DNA of 64,000 nt from Eledone cirrhosa (Eukaryota). Position numbers and translations under genes: made by a program. The notes beneath the pieces are model-generated. The model did not search any database, was not told the DNA's origin, and saw nothing but the letters and a program-made list of their open reading frames with translations. This document shows, in pieces, positions 33,485 through 48,400 of the stretch. How positions within the stretch are numbered: position 1 is the stretch's first letter; the number at the start of each line of letters is the position of its first letter. Location: contig OZ024741.1 in assembly GCA_964016885.1 (NCBI GenBank), positions 37,262,001 through 37,326,000 on the forward strand, given 5' to 3'.

Positions 33485-36400
33485 CTTACTTTCCATTCCT
33501 ACTCTAAACCCTCAGCTCTGATACACCTTACTTTCCTCCCCCACTCTAAATCCTCAGCTCTGATACACCTTACTTGCCACTCCCACTCTAAATCCTCAGC
33601 TTTCATACACCTTACTTGCCACCCCGACACTAAACCCTCAGCTCTGATACACCTCACTTGCCACTCCCACTCTAAATCCTCAGCCCTGATAAACCTTACT
33701 TGCTATCCCTACTCTAAACACTAATCTGATACAATTACTTGAAACCCCCACTCTAAAACCTCAGCCCTGATACACCTTACTTGCCACACCACTCTAAACA
33801 CTCATCTGATACACTTTACTTACCACCCCCACTCTAAACCCTCAGCTCTGATAAACTTTACTTACCACCCCCACTCTAAACCCTCAGCTCTGATACACCT
33901 TACTTGCCACCCCCCACTCTAAACCCTCAGCTCTGATACACCTTACTTTCCTCCCCCACTCTAAAGCCTCAGCTCTGATACACTTTACTTTCCTCCCCCA
34001 CTCTCAACCCTCAGCTGAGATACACCTTACTTGCCACCCCTACTCTAAACCCTCAGCTCTGATACACTTTACTTTCCTCCCCTACTCTAAACCCTCAGCT
34101 CTGATACACCTTAATTGCAAACCCCACTCTAAACCCTCAACTCTGATACACCTTACTTTCCTCCCCCACTCTAACCCTCATCTCTGAAAGACCTTACTTG
34201 CCATCCCCACACTAAACCCTCAGCTCTGATACACCTTACTTGCCACCCCTACTCTAAACCCTCAGCTCTGATACACCTTACTTTCCTTCCCCACTCTAAA
34301 CCCTCATCTCTGATATACCTTACTTGCCATCCCCACTCTAAACCCTCAGCTCTGATACACCTTACTTGCCATTCCCACTCTGAACCCTCCGCTCTGATAC
34401 ACTTTACTTTCCGCCCCCACTCTAAACCCTCAGCTCTGATACACCTTACTTCCCACCCCCACTCTAAACCCTCAGCTCTGATACACCTTACCCCCCCCCC
34501 CCCCCACTCTAAACCCTCAGCTCTGATACACCTTACTTCCCACCCCCACTCTCAACCCTCAGCTCTGATACACCTTACTTTCCCCCCCCCACTCTAAACC
34601 CTCAGCTCTGATACACCTTACTCTCCACCCCTACTCTAAATCCTCAGCTCTGATACACCTTACTTGCCATCCCTACTCTAAACCCTAAGCTCTGATACAC
34701 CTTAGTTTCCTCCCCCACTTTAAACCCTCAGCTCTGATACACCTTACTTGCCACCCCTACTCTAAACCCTCAGCTCTGATACACCTTAGTTTCCTCCCCC
34801 ACTTTAAACCCTCAGCTCTGATACACCTTACTTGCCACCCCTACTCTAAACCCTCAGCTCTGATACACCTTAGTTTCCTCCCCCACTTTAAACCCTCAGC
34901 TCTGATACACCTTACTTGCCACCCCTACTCTAAACCCTCAGCTCTGATACACCTTAGTTTCCTCCCCCACTTTAAACCCTCAGCTCTGATACACCTTACT
35001 TGCCAACCCCACTCTAAACCCTCAGCCCTGATACACCTTACTTTCCTCCCTCACTCTAAACCCTCAGATCTGATACACCTAACTTGCCACCCCTACTCTA
35101 AACCCTCAGCTCTGATACACCTTACTTCCCACCCCCACTCTAAACCCTCAGCTCTGATACACCTTACATGCCACCCCCACTCTAAACCCTCATCTGTGAT
35201 ACACCTTACTTGCCATCCCCACTCTAAACCCTCAGCTCTGATACACTTTACTTGCCATCCCCACTCTAAGCCCTCAGCTCTGATACACCTTATTTTCCTC
35301 CCCCACTCTAAACCCTCAGATCTGATACACCTTACTTCCAACACCCCACTCTAAACCCTCAGCTCTGATACACCTTACTTTCCTCCACCACTCTAAACCC
35401 ACAACTCTGATACAACTTATTTTCCTCCCCCACTCTAAACCCTCAGCTCTGATACACCGTACTTTCCTCCCCCACCCTAACCCCTCAGCTCTGATACACC
35501 TTATTTCCCACCCCTACTATAAACCCTCAGCTCTGATACACCGTACTTTCCTCACCCACCCTAATCCCTCACCTCTGATACACCTTATTTTCCTCCCCCA
35601 CTCTAAACCCTCACCTCTGATACACCTTACTTGCCACCCCAACTCTAAACCCTCAGCTTTGATACACCTTACTTGCGACCCCAACTCTAAACCCTCAGCT
35701 CTGATACACCTTACTTCCAACCCCCACTCTAAACCCTCAGCTCTGATACACCTTACATGCCACCCCCACTCTAAACCCTCATCTGTGATACACCTTGCTT
35801 GCCATCCCCACTCTAAACCCTCAGCTCTGATACACCTTACTTTCCTCCCCCACTCTAAACCCTCAACTCTGATACACCTTACTTGCCATCCCTCCTCCAA
35901 ACCCTCAGCTATGATACACTTTACTTACCACCCCCACTCTAAACACTCAGCTCTGATACACATTACTTTCTACCCCTACTCTAAACCCTCAGCTCTGATA
36001 CACCTTACTTTCCTCCCCCACTCTAAAGCCTCAGCTCTGATACACTTTACTTTCCTCCCCCACTCTCAACCCTCAGCTGAGATACACCTTACTTGCCACC
36101 CCTACTCTAAACCCTCAGCTCTGATACACCTTAATTGCAAACCCCACTCTAAACCCTCAACTCTGATACACCTTACTTTCCTCCCCCACTCTAACCCTCA
36201 TCTCTGAAAGACCTTACTTGCCATCCCCACACTAAACCCTCAGCTCTGATACACCTTACTTGCCACCCCTACTCTAAACCCTCAGCTCTGATACACCTTA
36301 CTTTCCTTCCCCACTCTAAACCCTCATCTCTGATATACCTTACTTGCCATCCCTACTCTAAACCCTCAGCTCTGATACACCTTACTTGCCATTCCCACTC

Positions 36401-39400
36401 TGAACCCTCCGCTCTGATACACTTTACTTTCCGCCCCCACTCTAAACCCTCAGCTCTGATACACCTTACTTCCCACCCCCACTCTAAACCCTCAGCTCTG
36501 ATACACCTTACTCCCCCCCCCCACTCTAAACCCTCAGCTCTGATACACCTTACTTCCCACCCCCACTCTCAACCCTCAGCTCTGATACACCTTACTTTCC
36601 CCCCCCACTCTAAACCCTCAGCTCTGATACACCTTACTCTCCACCCCCTACTCTAAATCCTCAGCTCTGATACACCTTACTTGCCACCCCTACTCTAAAC
36701 CCTAAGCTCTGATACACCTTAGTTTCCTCCCCCACTTTAAACCCTCAGCTCTGATACACCTTACTTGCCACCCCTACTCTAAACCCTCAGCTCTGATACA
36801 CCTTAGTTTCCTCCCCCACTTTAAACCCTCAGCTCTGATACACCTTACTTGCCACCCCTACTCTAAACCCTCAGCTCTGATACACCTTAGTTTCCTCCCC
36901 CACTTTAAACCCTCAGCTCTGATACACCTTACTTGCCACCCCTACTCTAAACCCTCAGCTCTGATACACCTTAGTTTCCTCCCCCACTTTAAACCCTCAG
37001 CTCTGATACACCTTACTTGCCAACCCCACTCTAAATCCTCAGCCCTGATACACCTTACTTTCCTCCCTCACTCTAAACCCTCAGATCTGATACACCTAAC
37101 TTGCCACCCCTACTCTAAACCCTCAGCTCTGATACACCTTACTTCCCACCCCCACTCTAAACCCTCAGCTCTGATACACCTTACATGCCACCCCCACTCT
37201 AAACCCTCATCTGTGATACACCTTATTTTCCTACCCCAATCTAACCCTTCAGCTCTGATACACCTTACTTCGCACCCCTACTATAAACCCTCAGCTCTGA
37301 TAACCTTACTTTCCTCCCCAACTCTAATCCCTCAGCTCTGATACACCTTATTTTCCTCCCCCACTCTAAACCCTCAGCGTTGATACACCTTACTTCCCAC
37401 CCACACTCTAAACCCTCAGCTCTCTGATACACCCTACATTCCCCCCACACTCTAAACCCTCAGCTCTAATACACCTTACTTTCCTCCCCCACTCTCAACC
37501 CTCAGCTCTGATACACCTTACTTCCCACCCACACTCTAAACCCTCAGCTCTGATACACACTACATTCCCCCCACACTCTAAGCCCTCAGCTCTGATACAC
37601 CTTACTTTCCTCCTCCACTCTAAACACACAGCTTTTATACACCTTACTTTCCTCTCCCACTCTCAACCCTCAGCTCTGATACACCTTACTTGCCACCCCT
37701 ATTCTAAACCCTCAGCTCTGATACACCTTACTTGCCACCCCATCTCTAAACCCTCAGCTCTGATACACCTTACTTGCCACCCCAAATCTAAACCCTCAGA
37801 TCTGATACACCTTACATGCCATCCCGACTCTAAACCCTCAGCTGTGATACACGTTACTTCCTACCCCCACTCTAAACCCTCAGCCCTGATACACCTTACT
37901 TTCCTACCCCACTCAAAACCCTCAGCTCTGATACACCTTACTTTCCTCCCTTACTCTAAACCCTCATCTGTGATACACCTTACTTGCCAACCCACCTCTA
38001 AGCCCTCAGCTATGATACACCTTACTTGCCAACCCCACTCTAAACCCTCAGCTCTGATACACCTTACTTGCCACCCCCACTCTAAACCCTCAACTCTGAT
38101 ACACCTTACTTTCCTCCCCAACTCTAAACCCCCGGCTCTGATACACCTTACTTGCCATCCCCACTCTAAGCCCTCAGCTCTAATACACCCTACTTGCCAT
38201 CCCTACACTAAACCCTCAACTCTGATACACCTTACTTTGCTCCCCCACTCTAAACGCTCAGCTCTGATACACCTTACTTTCCTTCCTCACTCTAAATCCT
38301 CAGCTCTGATACACCTTACTTGCCACCCCCACTCCAAACGCTCAGCCCTGATACACTTTACTTACCACCCCCACTCTAAACCCTCAGCTCTGATAGACCT
38401 TACTTGCCACCCCCACCCTAAACACTCAGCTCTGATACACCTTACTTGCCATACCTACTCTAAACCCTCGGCCCTGATACACCTTACTTGCCATACCTAC
38501 TCTAAACACTCAGCTCTGATACACCTTACTTGCCATCCCTACTCTAAACACACATCTGATACACCTTACTTACCACCCCACGCTAAACCCTCAGCTCTCA
38601 TACACCTTACTTGCCACCCCGACTCTAAACCCTCAGCTCTTTTACACCTTACTTTCCTCCCCCACTCTACACCCTCAGCTCTGATACACCTTATTTTCCT
38701 ACTCCAATCTAACCCCTCAGCTCTGATACACCTTACTTTCCTCCCCCACTCTAAATCCTTAGCTTTGATACACTTTACTTGCCACCCCTACTCTAAACCC
38801 TCAGCTCTGATACACCTTACTTGCCACCCCTACTCTAAACCCTGAGCTCTGATACACCTTACTTTCCACCCCTATTATAAACCCTCAGCTCTGATACACC
38901 TTACTTTCATCCCCCACTCTAAACCCTCAACTCTGATACAACTTATTTTCCTCCCCCAATCTAACCCCTTAGCTCTAATACACCTTATTTTCCTCCCACA
39001 CTCTAAACCCTCAGCTCTGATACACCCTACTTACCCCTACACTCTAAACCCTCATCTCTGATACACCTTATATTCCTCCCCCACTCTAAACCCTCAGCTC
39101 TGATACACCTTACTTCCCACCCCCACTCTAAACCCTCAGCTCTGATACACCTTACTTTCCCCCCACACTCTAAACCCTCAGCTCTTATACACCTTACTCT
39201 CCACCCCTACTCTAAATCCTCAGCTCTGATACACCTTACTTGCCACCCTACTCTAAACCCTCAGACCTGATACACCTTACTTGCCACCCCTAATCTAAAC
39301 CCTCAGCTCTGATACACCTTAGTTTCCTCCCCCACTCTAAACCCTCAGCTCTGATACACCTAGTTTGCCACCCCTACACTAAACCCTCAGCCCTGATACA

Positions 39401-42400
39401 CCTTACATTCCTCCCCTACTCTAAACCCTCATCTGTGATACACCTTACTTGCCAACCCCACTCTAAACCCTCAGCTCTGATACACCTTACTTTCCTCCCC
39501 TACTCTAAACCCTCATCTGTGATACACCTTACTTGCCAACCCCACTCTAAACCCTCAGCTCTGATACACCTTACTTTCCTCCCCTACTCTAAACCCTCAT
39601 CTGTGATACACCTTACTTGCCAACCCCACTCTAAACCCTCAGCTCTGATACACCTTACTTGCCACCCCTACTCTAAACCCTCAGCTCTGATACACCTTGC
39701 TCGCCACCCCCTACTCTAAACCCTCAGCTCTGATACACCTTACTTGCCATCCCCACTTTAAATCCTCAGCTCTGATACACCTTACTTTCCTCTTCCACTC
39801 TAAACCCTCAGCTCTGATACACCTTACTTTCCGCCCCCACTCTAAACCCTCAGCTCTGATACACCTTACTTGCTATCCCCACTCTAAACCCTCACCTCTG
39901 ATACACCTTACTTTCCGCCCCCACTCTAAACCCTCAGCTCTGATACACCTTACTTGCTATCCCCACTCTAAGCCCTCAGCTCTGATACACCTTACTTTCC
40001 TCCCCCACTCTAAACCCTCAGCTCTGATACACCTTACATGCCAACCCCACTCTAAACCCTCAGCTCTGGTACACTTCACTTTCCTCCTCAACTCTAAAGC
40101 CTCAGCTCTGATACACTTTACTTGCCACACCCACTCTAAACCCTCAGCTTGGATACACCTTACTTTCCTCCCCCACTCTAAACCCTCACCTCTGATACAC
40201 CTTACTTGCCACCCCTACTCTAAACCCTCAGCCCTGACACACCTTACTTGCCACCCCTACTCTAAACTCTCAGCTCTGATAGACCTTATTTTCCTCCCCA
40301 ATTCTAAACCCTCAGCTCTGATACACCTTACTTGCCACCCCGACACTAAACCCTCAGCCCTGATACACCTTTCTTTCCTCCCCCACTCTATACCCTCAGC
40401 TCTTATAGACTTTACTTTCCTCCCCTACTCTAAACCCTCAGCTCTGATACACCTTACTTGCCACTCCCACTCTAGAGCCTCAGCTCTTATAGACTTTACT
40501 TTCCTCCCCCACTCTAAACCCTAAGCTCTTATACACCTTATTTTCCTCCCCCACTTTAAACCCTCAGCTCTGATTCACCTTACTTTCCTTCCCCTCTCTA
40601 AACCCTCATCTGTGATACACCTTACTTGCCAACCCAACTCTAAACCCTCAGCTCAGATACACCTTATTTTACTCCCCTACTCTAAACCCTCATCTGTGAT
40701 ACACCTTACTTGCCAACCCCACTCTAAACCCTCAGCTCTGATACACCTTACTTTCTTCCCCTACTCTAAACCCTCAGCTCTGATACACCTTACTTGCCAC
40801 CCCTACTCTAAACCCTCAGCTCTGATACACCTTGCTCGCCACCCCTACTCTAAACCCTCAGCTCTGATACACCTTACTTTCCTCCCCTACTCTAAACCCT
40901 CAGCTCTGATACACCTTACTTGCTATCCCCACTCGAAGCTCTCAGCTCTGATACACTTTACTTTCCGTCCCTACTCTAAACCGTCAGCTCTGATACACCT
41001 TACTTGCCATCCCCACTCTAAGCCCTCAGCTCTAATACACCTTACTTTCCGCCCCTACTCTAAACCCTCAGCTCTGATACACCTTACTTTTCATCCCCAC
41101 ACTAAGCCCTCAGCTCTAATACACCTTACTTCTCACCCCCACTCTAAACCCTCAGCTCTGATACACCTTACTTTCCTCCCCAACTCTAAAGCCTCAGCTC
41201 TGATACACTTTACTTGCCACCCCCACTCTAAACCCTCAGCTCTGATACACTTTAGTTTCCTCCCCCACTCTAAACCCTCAGTTCTGATACACCTTACTTG
41301 CCACCCCTACTCTACACCCTCAGCTCTGATACACCTTGCTCGCCACCCCTACTCTAAACCCTCAGCTCTGATACACCTTACTTTCGTCCCCTACTCTAAA
41401 CCCTCATCTGTGATACACCTTACTTGCCAACCCCACTCTAAACCTTCAGCTCTGATACACCTTACTTTCCTCCCCTACTCTAAACCCTCATCTGTGATAC
41501 ACCTTACTTGCCAACCCCACTTTAAACCCTCAGCTCTGATACACCTTACTTTCCTCCCCTACTCTAAACCCTCATCTGTGATACACCTTACTTGCCAACC
41601 CCACTCTAAACCCTCAGCTCTGATACACCTTACTTTCCTCTCCCACTCTAAACCCTCAGCTCTGATACACCTTACTTTCCTCCCCCACTCTAAACCCTCA
41701 TCTGTAATACACCTTACTTGCCATCCCCACTCTAAACCCTCACCTCTGATACACCTTACTTTCCGCCCCGACACTAAACCCTCAGCCCTGATACACGTTA
41801 CTTTCCTCTCCCACTCTAAACCCTCAGCTCTTATAGACTTTACTTTCCTCCCCTACTCTAAACCCTCAGCTCTGATACACCTTACTTGCCACTCCCACTC
41901 TAAAGCCTCAGCTCTTATAGACTCTACTTTCCTCCCCTACACTAAACCCTCATCTGTGATACACCTTACTTGCCAACCCCACTCTAAACCCTCAGCTCTG
42001 ATACACCTTACTTTCCTCCCCTACTCTAAACCCTCAGCTCTGATACACCTTACTTTCCTCCCCGACTCTAAACCCTCAGGTTTGATACACTTTACTTGCT
42101 ACCACCAACTCTAAAGCCTCAGCTCTGATACACCTTACTTTCCTCGCCCACTCTAAACCCTCAGGTTTGATACACTTTACTTGCTACCCCCAACTCTAAA
42201 CCCTCAGCTCTGATACACCTTACTTTCCTCGCCCACTCTAAACCCTCAGGTTTGATACACTTTACTTGCTACCCCCAACTCTAAAGCCTCAGCTCTGATA
42301 CACATTACTTTCCTCCCCCACTCTAAACACTCAGCTCTGATACACCTTACTTGCCACCCCTACTCTAAACCCTCGGCCCTGATACACCTTACTTGCTACC

Positions 42401-45400
42401 CCTACTCTAACCCCTCAGCCCTGATACACCTTACTTTCCTCCCCCACTCTCAACCCTCAGCTCTGATACACCTTACTTGCCACCCCTACTCTAAACCCTC
42501 AGCCCTGATACACCTTACTTGCCACCCCTACTCTAAACTCTCAGCTCTGATAGACCTTACTTTCCTCCCCCATTCTAAACCCTCAGCTCTGATACACCTT
42601 ACTTGCCACCCATACACTGAACCCTCAGCCCTGATACACCTTACTTTCCTCCCCCATTCTTAACCTTCAGGTCTGATACACGTTACTTTCCTCCCCCACT
42701 CTAAACCCTCAGCTCTTATAGACTTTACTTTCCTCCCCTAATCTAAACCCTCAGCTCTGATACACCTTACTTGCCACTCCCACTCTAAAGCCTCAGCTCT
42801 GATACACCTTACTTGCCACCCCTACTCTAAACCCTCGGCCCTGATACACCTTACTTGCTACCCCTACTCTAACCTCTCAGCCCTGATACACCTTACTTTC
42901 CTCCCCCACTCTCAACCCTCAGCTCTGATACACCTTACATGCCACCCCTACTCTAAACCCTCAGCCCTGATACACCATACTTGCCACCCCTACTCTAAAC
43001 TCTCAGCACTGATACACCTTACTTGCCACTCCTACTCTAAACCCTCAGCTCTGATACACCTTATTTTCCTCCCCCACTTTAAACCCTCAGCTCTGATACA
43101 ACTTACTTGCCACCTCCACTCTAAACCCTCAGCCCTGATACACCTTACTTTCCTCTCCCACTCTAAACCCTCAGCTCTGATACGCCTTACTTCCCATCCC
43201 CACTCTAAGCCCTCAGCTCTGATACACCTTACTTTCCGCCCCTACTCTAAACCCTCAGCTCTGATACACCTTACTTGCCATCCCCACACTAAGCCCTCAG
43301 CTCTAATACACCTTACTTTCCTCTCCCACTCTAAACCCTCAGCTCTGATACACCTTACTTGCTATCCCCACTCGAAGCTCTCAGCTCTGATACACTTTAC
43401 TTTCCGTCCCTACTCTAAACCCTCAGATCTGATACACCTTACTTGCCATCCCCACTCTAAGCCCTCAGCTCTAATACACCTTACTTCCCATCCCCACTCT
43501 AAGCCCTCAGCTCTGATACACCTTACTTTCCGCCCCCACTCTAAACCCTCAGCTCTGATACACCTTACTTTCCTCCCCAACTCTAAAGCCTCAGCTCTGA
43601 TACACTTTACTTGCCACCCCCACTCTAAACCCTCAGCTCTGATACACCTGACTTTCCTCCCCTACTCTAAACCCTCAGTTCTGATACACCTTACTTGCCA
43701 CCCCTACTCTAAACCCTCAGCTCTGATACACCTTACTTTCCCCCCCCATTCTAAACCCTCAAATTTGATACACCATACTTTCCTCCCCTACTCTAAACCC
43801 TCATCTGTGATACACCTTACTTGCCAACCCCACTCTAAACCTTCAGCTCTGATACACCTTACTTTCCTCCCCTACTCTAAACCCTCATCTGTGATACACC
43901 TTACTTGCCAACCCCACTCTAAACCCTCAGCTCTGAAACACCTTACTTTCCTCCCCTACTCTACACCCTCAACTTTGATACACCTTACTTTCCTCCCCTA
44001 CTCTAAACCCTCATCTGTGATACACCTTACTTGCCAACCCCACTTTAAACCCTCAGCTCTGATACACCTTACTTTCCTCCCCTACTCTAAACCCTCATCT
44101 GTGATACACCTTACTTGCCAACCCCACTCTAAACCCTCAGCTCTGATACACCTTTCTTTCCTCTCCCACTCTAAACCCTCAGCTCTGATACACCTTACTT
44201 TCCTCCCCCACTCTAAACCCTCAGCTCTGATACACCTTACTTGCCAACCCCACTTTAAACCCTCAGCTCTGATACACCTTACTTTCCTCCCCTACTCTAA
44301 ACCCTCATCTGTGATACACCTTATTTGCCATCCCCACTCTAAACCCTCACCTCTGATACACCTTACTTTCCGCCCCCACTCTAAACCACCAGCTCTGATA
44401 CACCTTACTTGCCATCCCCACTCTAAGCCCTCAGCTCTGATAGACCTTACTTTCTGCCCCCACTCTAAGCCCTCAGCTCTGATACACCTTACTTGCCACC
44501 CCGACACTAAACCCTCAGCCCTGATACACCTTACTTGCCATCCCCACTCTAAGCCCTCAACTCTAATACACCTTACTTCCCACCCCCACTCCAAACCCTC
44601 AGCTCTGATACACCTTACTTTCCTCCCCTACTCTAAAGCCTCAGCTCTGATACACTTTACTTGCCACACCCACTCTAAACCCTCAGTTTGGATACACCTT
44701 ACTTTCCCCCCCCATTCTAAACCCTCAACTTTGATACACCATACTTTCCTCCCCTACTCTAAACCCTCATCTGTGATACACCTTACTTGCCAACCCCACT
44801 CTAAACCTTCAGCTCTGATACACCTTACTTTCCTCCCCTACTCTAAACCCTCATCTGTGATACACCTTACTTGCCAACCCCACTCTAAACCCTCAGCTCT
44901 GATACACCTTACTTTCCTCCCCTACTCTAAACCCTCATCTGTGATACACCTTACTTGCCAACCCCACTTTAAACACTCAGCTCTGATACACCTTACTTTC
45001 CTCCCCTACTCTAAACCCTCATCTGTGATACACCTTACTTGCCAACCCCACTCTAAACCCTCAGCTCTGATACACCTTACTTTCCTCTCCCACTCTAAAC
45101 CCTCAGCTCTGATACACCTTACTTTCCTCCCCCACTCTAAACCCTCATCTGTGATACACCTTACTTGCCATCCCCACTCTAAACCCTCACCTCTGATACA
45201 CCTTACTTTCCGCCCCCACTCTAAACCATCAGCTCTGATACACCTTACTTGCCATCCCCACTCTAAGCCCTCAGCTCTGATAGACCTTACTTTCCTCCCC
45301 TACTCTAAACCCTCATCTGTGATACACCTTACTTGCCACCCCTACTCTAAACTCTCAGCTCTGATACACCTTACTTGCCACCCCGACACTAAACCCTCAG

Positions 45401-48400
45401 CCCTGATACACGTTACTTTCCTCTCCCACTCTAAACCCTCAGCTCTTATAGACTTTACTTTCCTCCCCTACTCTAAACCCTCATCTGTGATACACCTTAC
45501 TTGCCAACCCCACTCTAAACCCTCAGCTCTGATACACCTTACTTTCCTCCCCAACTCTAAAGCCTCAGCTCTGATACACCTTACTTTCCTCGCCCACTCT
45601 AAACCCTCAGCTCTGATACACCTTACTTTCCTCCACCACTCTAAACACTCAGCTCTGATACACCTTACTTGCCAACCCTACTCTAAACCCTCGGCCCTGA
45701 TACACCTTACTTGCTACCCCTACTCTAACCCCTCAGCCCTGATACACCTTACTTGCCACCCCTACTCTAAACTCTCAGCTCTGATAGACCTTACTTTCCT
45801 CCCCCATTCTAAACCCTCAGGTCTAATACACGTTACTTTCCTCCCCCACTCTAAACCCTCAGCTCTTATGGACTTTACTTTCCTCCCCTACTCTAAACCC
45901 TCAGCTCTTATACACCTTACTTTACTCGCCCACTCTAAACCCTCGGCTCTGATACACGTTAATTTCCTCCCCAACTGTAAAGCCTCAACTCTGATACACC
46001 TTACTTCCTACTCCCACTCTAAACCCTCAGCCTTCATACACCTTACTTGCCACCCCTACTCTAAACCTTCAGCTCTGATACACCTTACCTTCCTCGCCCA
46101 CTCTAAACCCTCAGCCCTGATACACCTTACTTTCCTCCCACACTCTATACACAAAGCTCTGATACACCTTACTTTCCTCCCCTACTCTAAACCCTCATCT
46201 GTGATACACCTTACTTGCCAACCCCACTTTAAACCCTCAGCTCTGAGACACCTTACTTTCCTCCCCTACTCTAAACCCTCATCTGTGATACACCTTACTT
46301 GCCAACCCCACTCTAAACCTTCAGCTCTGATACACCTTAGGTTCCTCCCCCACTCTAAACCCTCAGCTCTGATACACCTTACTTTCCTCCCCCACTCTAA
46401 ACCCTCAGCTCTGATACACCTTACTTGCCATCCCCACACTAAACCCTCACCTCTGATACACCTTACTTTCCGCCCCCACTCTAAACCCTCAGCTCTGATA
46501 CACCTTACTTGCTATCCCCATTCTAAGCCCTCAGCTCTGATACACCTTACTTTCCTCCCCCATTCTAAACCCTCAGGTCTAATACACGTTACTTTCCTCC
46601 CCCACTCTAAACCCTCAGCTCTTATGGACTTTACTTTCCTCCCCTACTCTAAACCCTCAGCTCTTATACACCTTACTTTACTCGCCCACTCTAAACCCTC
46701 GGCTCTGATACACGTTAATTTCCTCCCCAACTGTAAAGCCTCAACTCTGATACACCTTACTTCCTACTCCCACTCTAAACCCTCAGCCTTCATACACCTT
46801 ACTTGCCACCCCTACTCTAAACCTTCAGCTCTGATACACCTTACCTTCCTCGCCCACTCTAAACCCTCAGCCCTGATACACCTTACTTTCCTCCCACACT
46901 CTATACACAAAGCTCTGATACACCTTACTTTCCTCCCCTACTCTAAACCCTCATCTGTGATACACCTTACTTGCCAACCCCACTTTAAACCCTCAGCTCT
47001 GAGACACCTTACTTTCCTCCCCTACTCTAAACCCTCATCTGTGATACACCTTACTTGCCAACCCCACTCTAAACCTTCAGCTCTGATACACCTTAGGTTC
47101 CTCCCCCACTCTAAACCCTCAGCTCTGATACACCTTACTTTCCTCCCCCACTCTAAACCCTCAGCTCTGATACACCTTACTTGCCATCCCCACACTAAAC
47201 CCTCACCTCTGATACACCTTACTTTCCGCCCCCACTCTAAACCCTCAGCTCTGATACACCTTACTTGCTATCCCCATTCTAAGCCCTCAGCTCTGATACA
47301 CCTTACTTTCCGCCCCTACTCTAAACCCTCAGCTCTGATACACCTTACTTGCCATCCCCACTCTAAGCCCTCAGCACTAATACACCTTACTTCCCACCCC
47401 CACTCTAAGCCCTCACCTCTAATACACCTTACTTCCCACCCCCACTCTAAACCCTCAGCTCTGATACACCTTACTTGCCATCCCCACTCTAAACCCTCAG
47501 CTCTGATACACTTAACTTGCCACCCCCACTCTAAACCCTCAGCTTGGATACACCTTACGTTCCTCCCCCATTCTAAACTCTCAACTTTGATACACCTTAC
47601 TTTCCTCCCCTACTCTAAACCCTCATCTGTGATACACCTTACTTGCCAACCCCACTCTAAACCCTCAGCTCTGATACACCTTACTTTCATCCCCGACTCT
47701 AAACCCTCAGCTTTGATACACTTTACTTGCTACCCCCAACTCTAAAGCCTCAGCTCTGATACACCTTACTTTCCTCGCCCAGTTTAAACCCTCAGCTCTG
47801 ATACACCTTACTTGCCACCCCTACTCTAAACCCTCAGCCCTGATACACCTTACTTGCCACCCCTACTCTCAACACTCAGCTCTGATACACCTTACTTGCC
47901 AACCCTACTCTAAACCCTCAGCTCTGATACACCTTACTGGCCACCCCTACTCTAAACTCTCAGCTCGGATAGACCTTACTTTCCTCCCCCACTCTAAACC
48001 CTCATCCCTGATACACGTTACTTTCCCCTCCCATTCTAAACCCTCAGCCCTGATAGACCTTACTTTCCTCCCCCATTCTAAACCTTCAGGTCTGATACAC
48101 GTTACTTTCCTCCCCTACTCTAAACCCTCAGCTCTGATACACCTTACTTTCCTCCCCCACTCTCAACCCTCAGCTCTGATACACCTTACTTGCCACCCCT
48201 ACTCTAAACCCTCAGCTCTGATACACCTTACTTGCCACCCTACTCTAAACCCTCAGCTCTGATACACCTTACTTGCCACCCCTACTCTACACCCTCAGCT
48301 CTGATACACCTTACTTGCCACCCCTACTCTAAACCCTCAGCTCTGATACACCTTACTTGCCACCCCTACTCTAAACCCTCAGCTCTGATACACCTTACTT

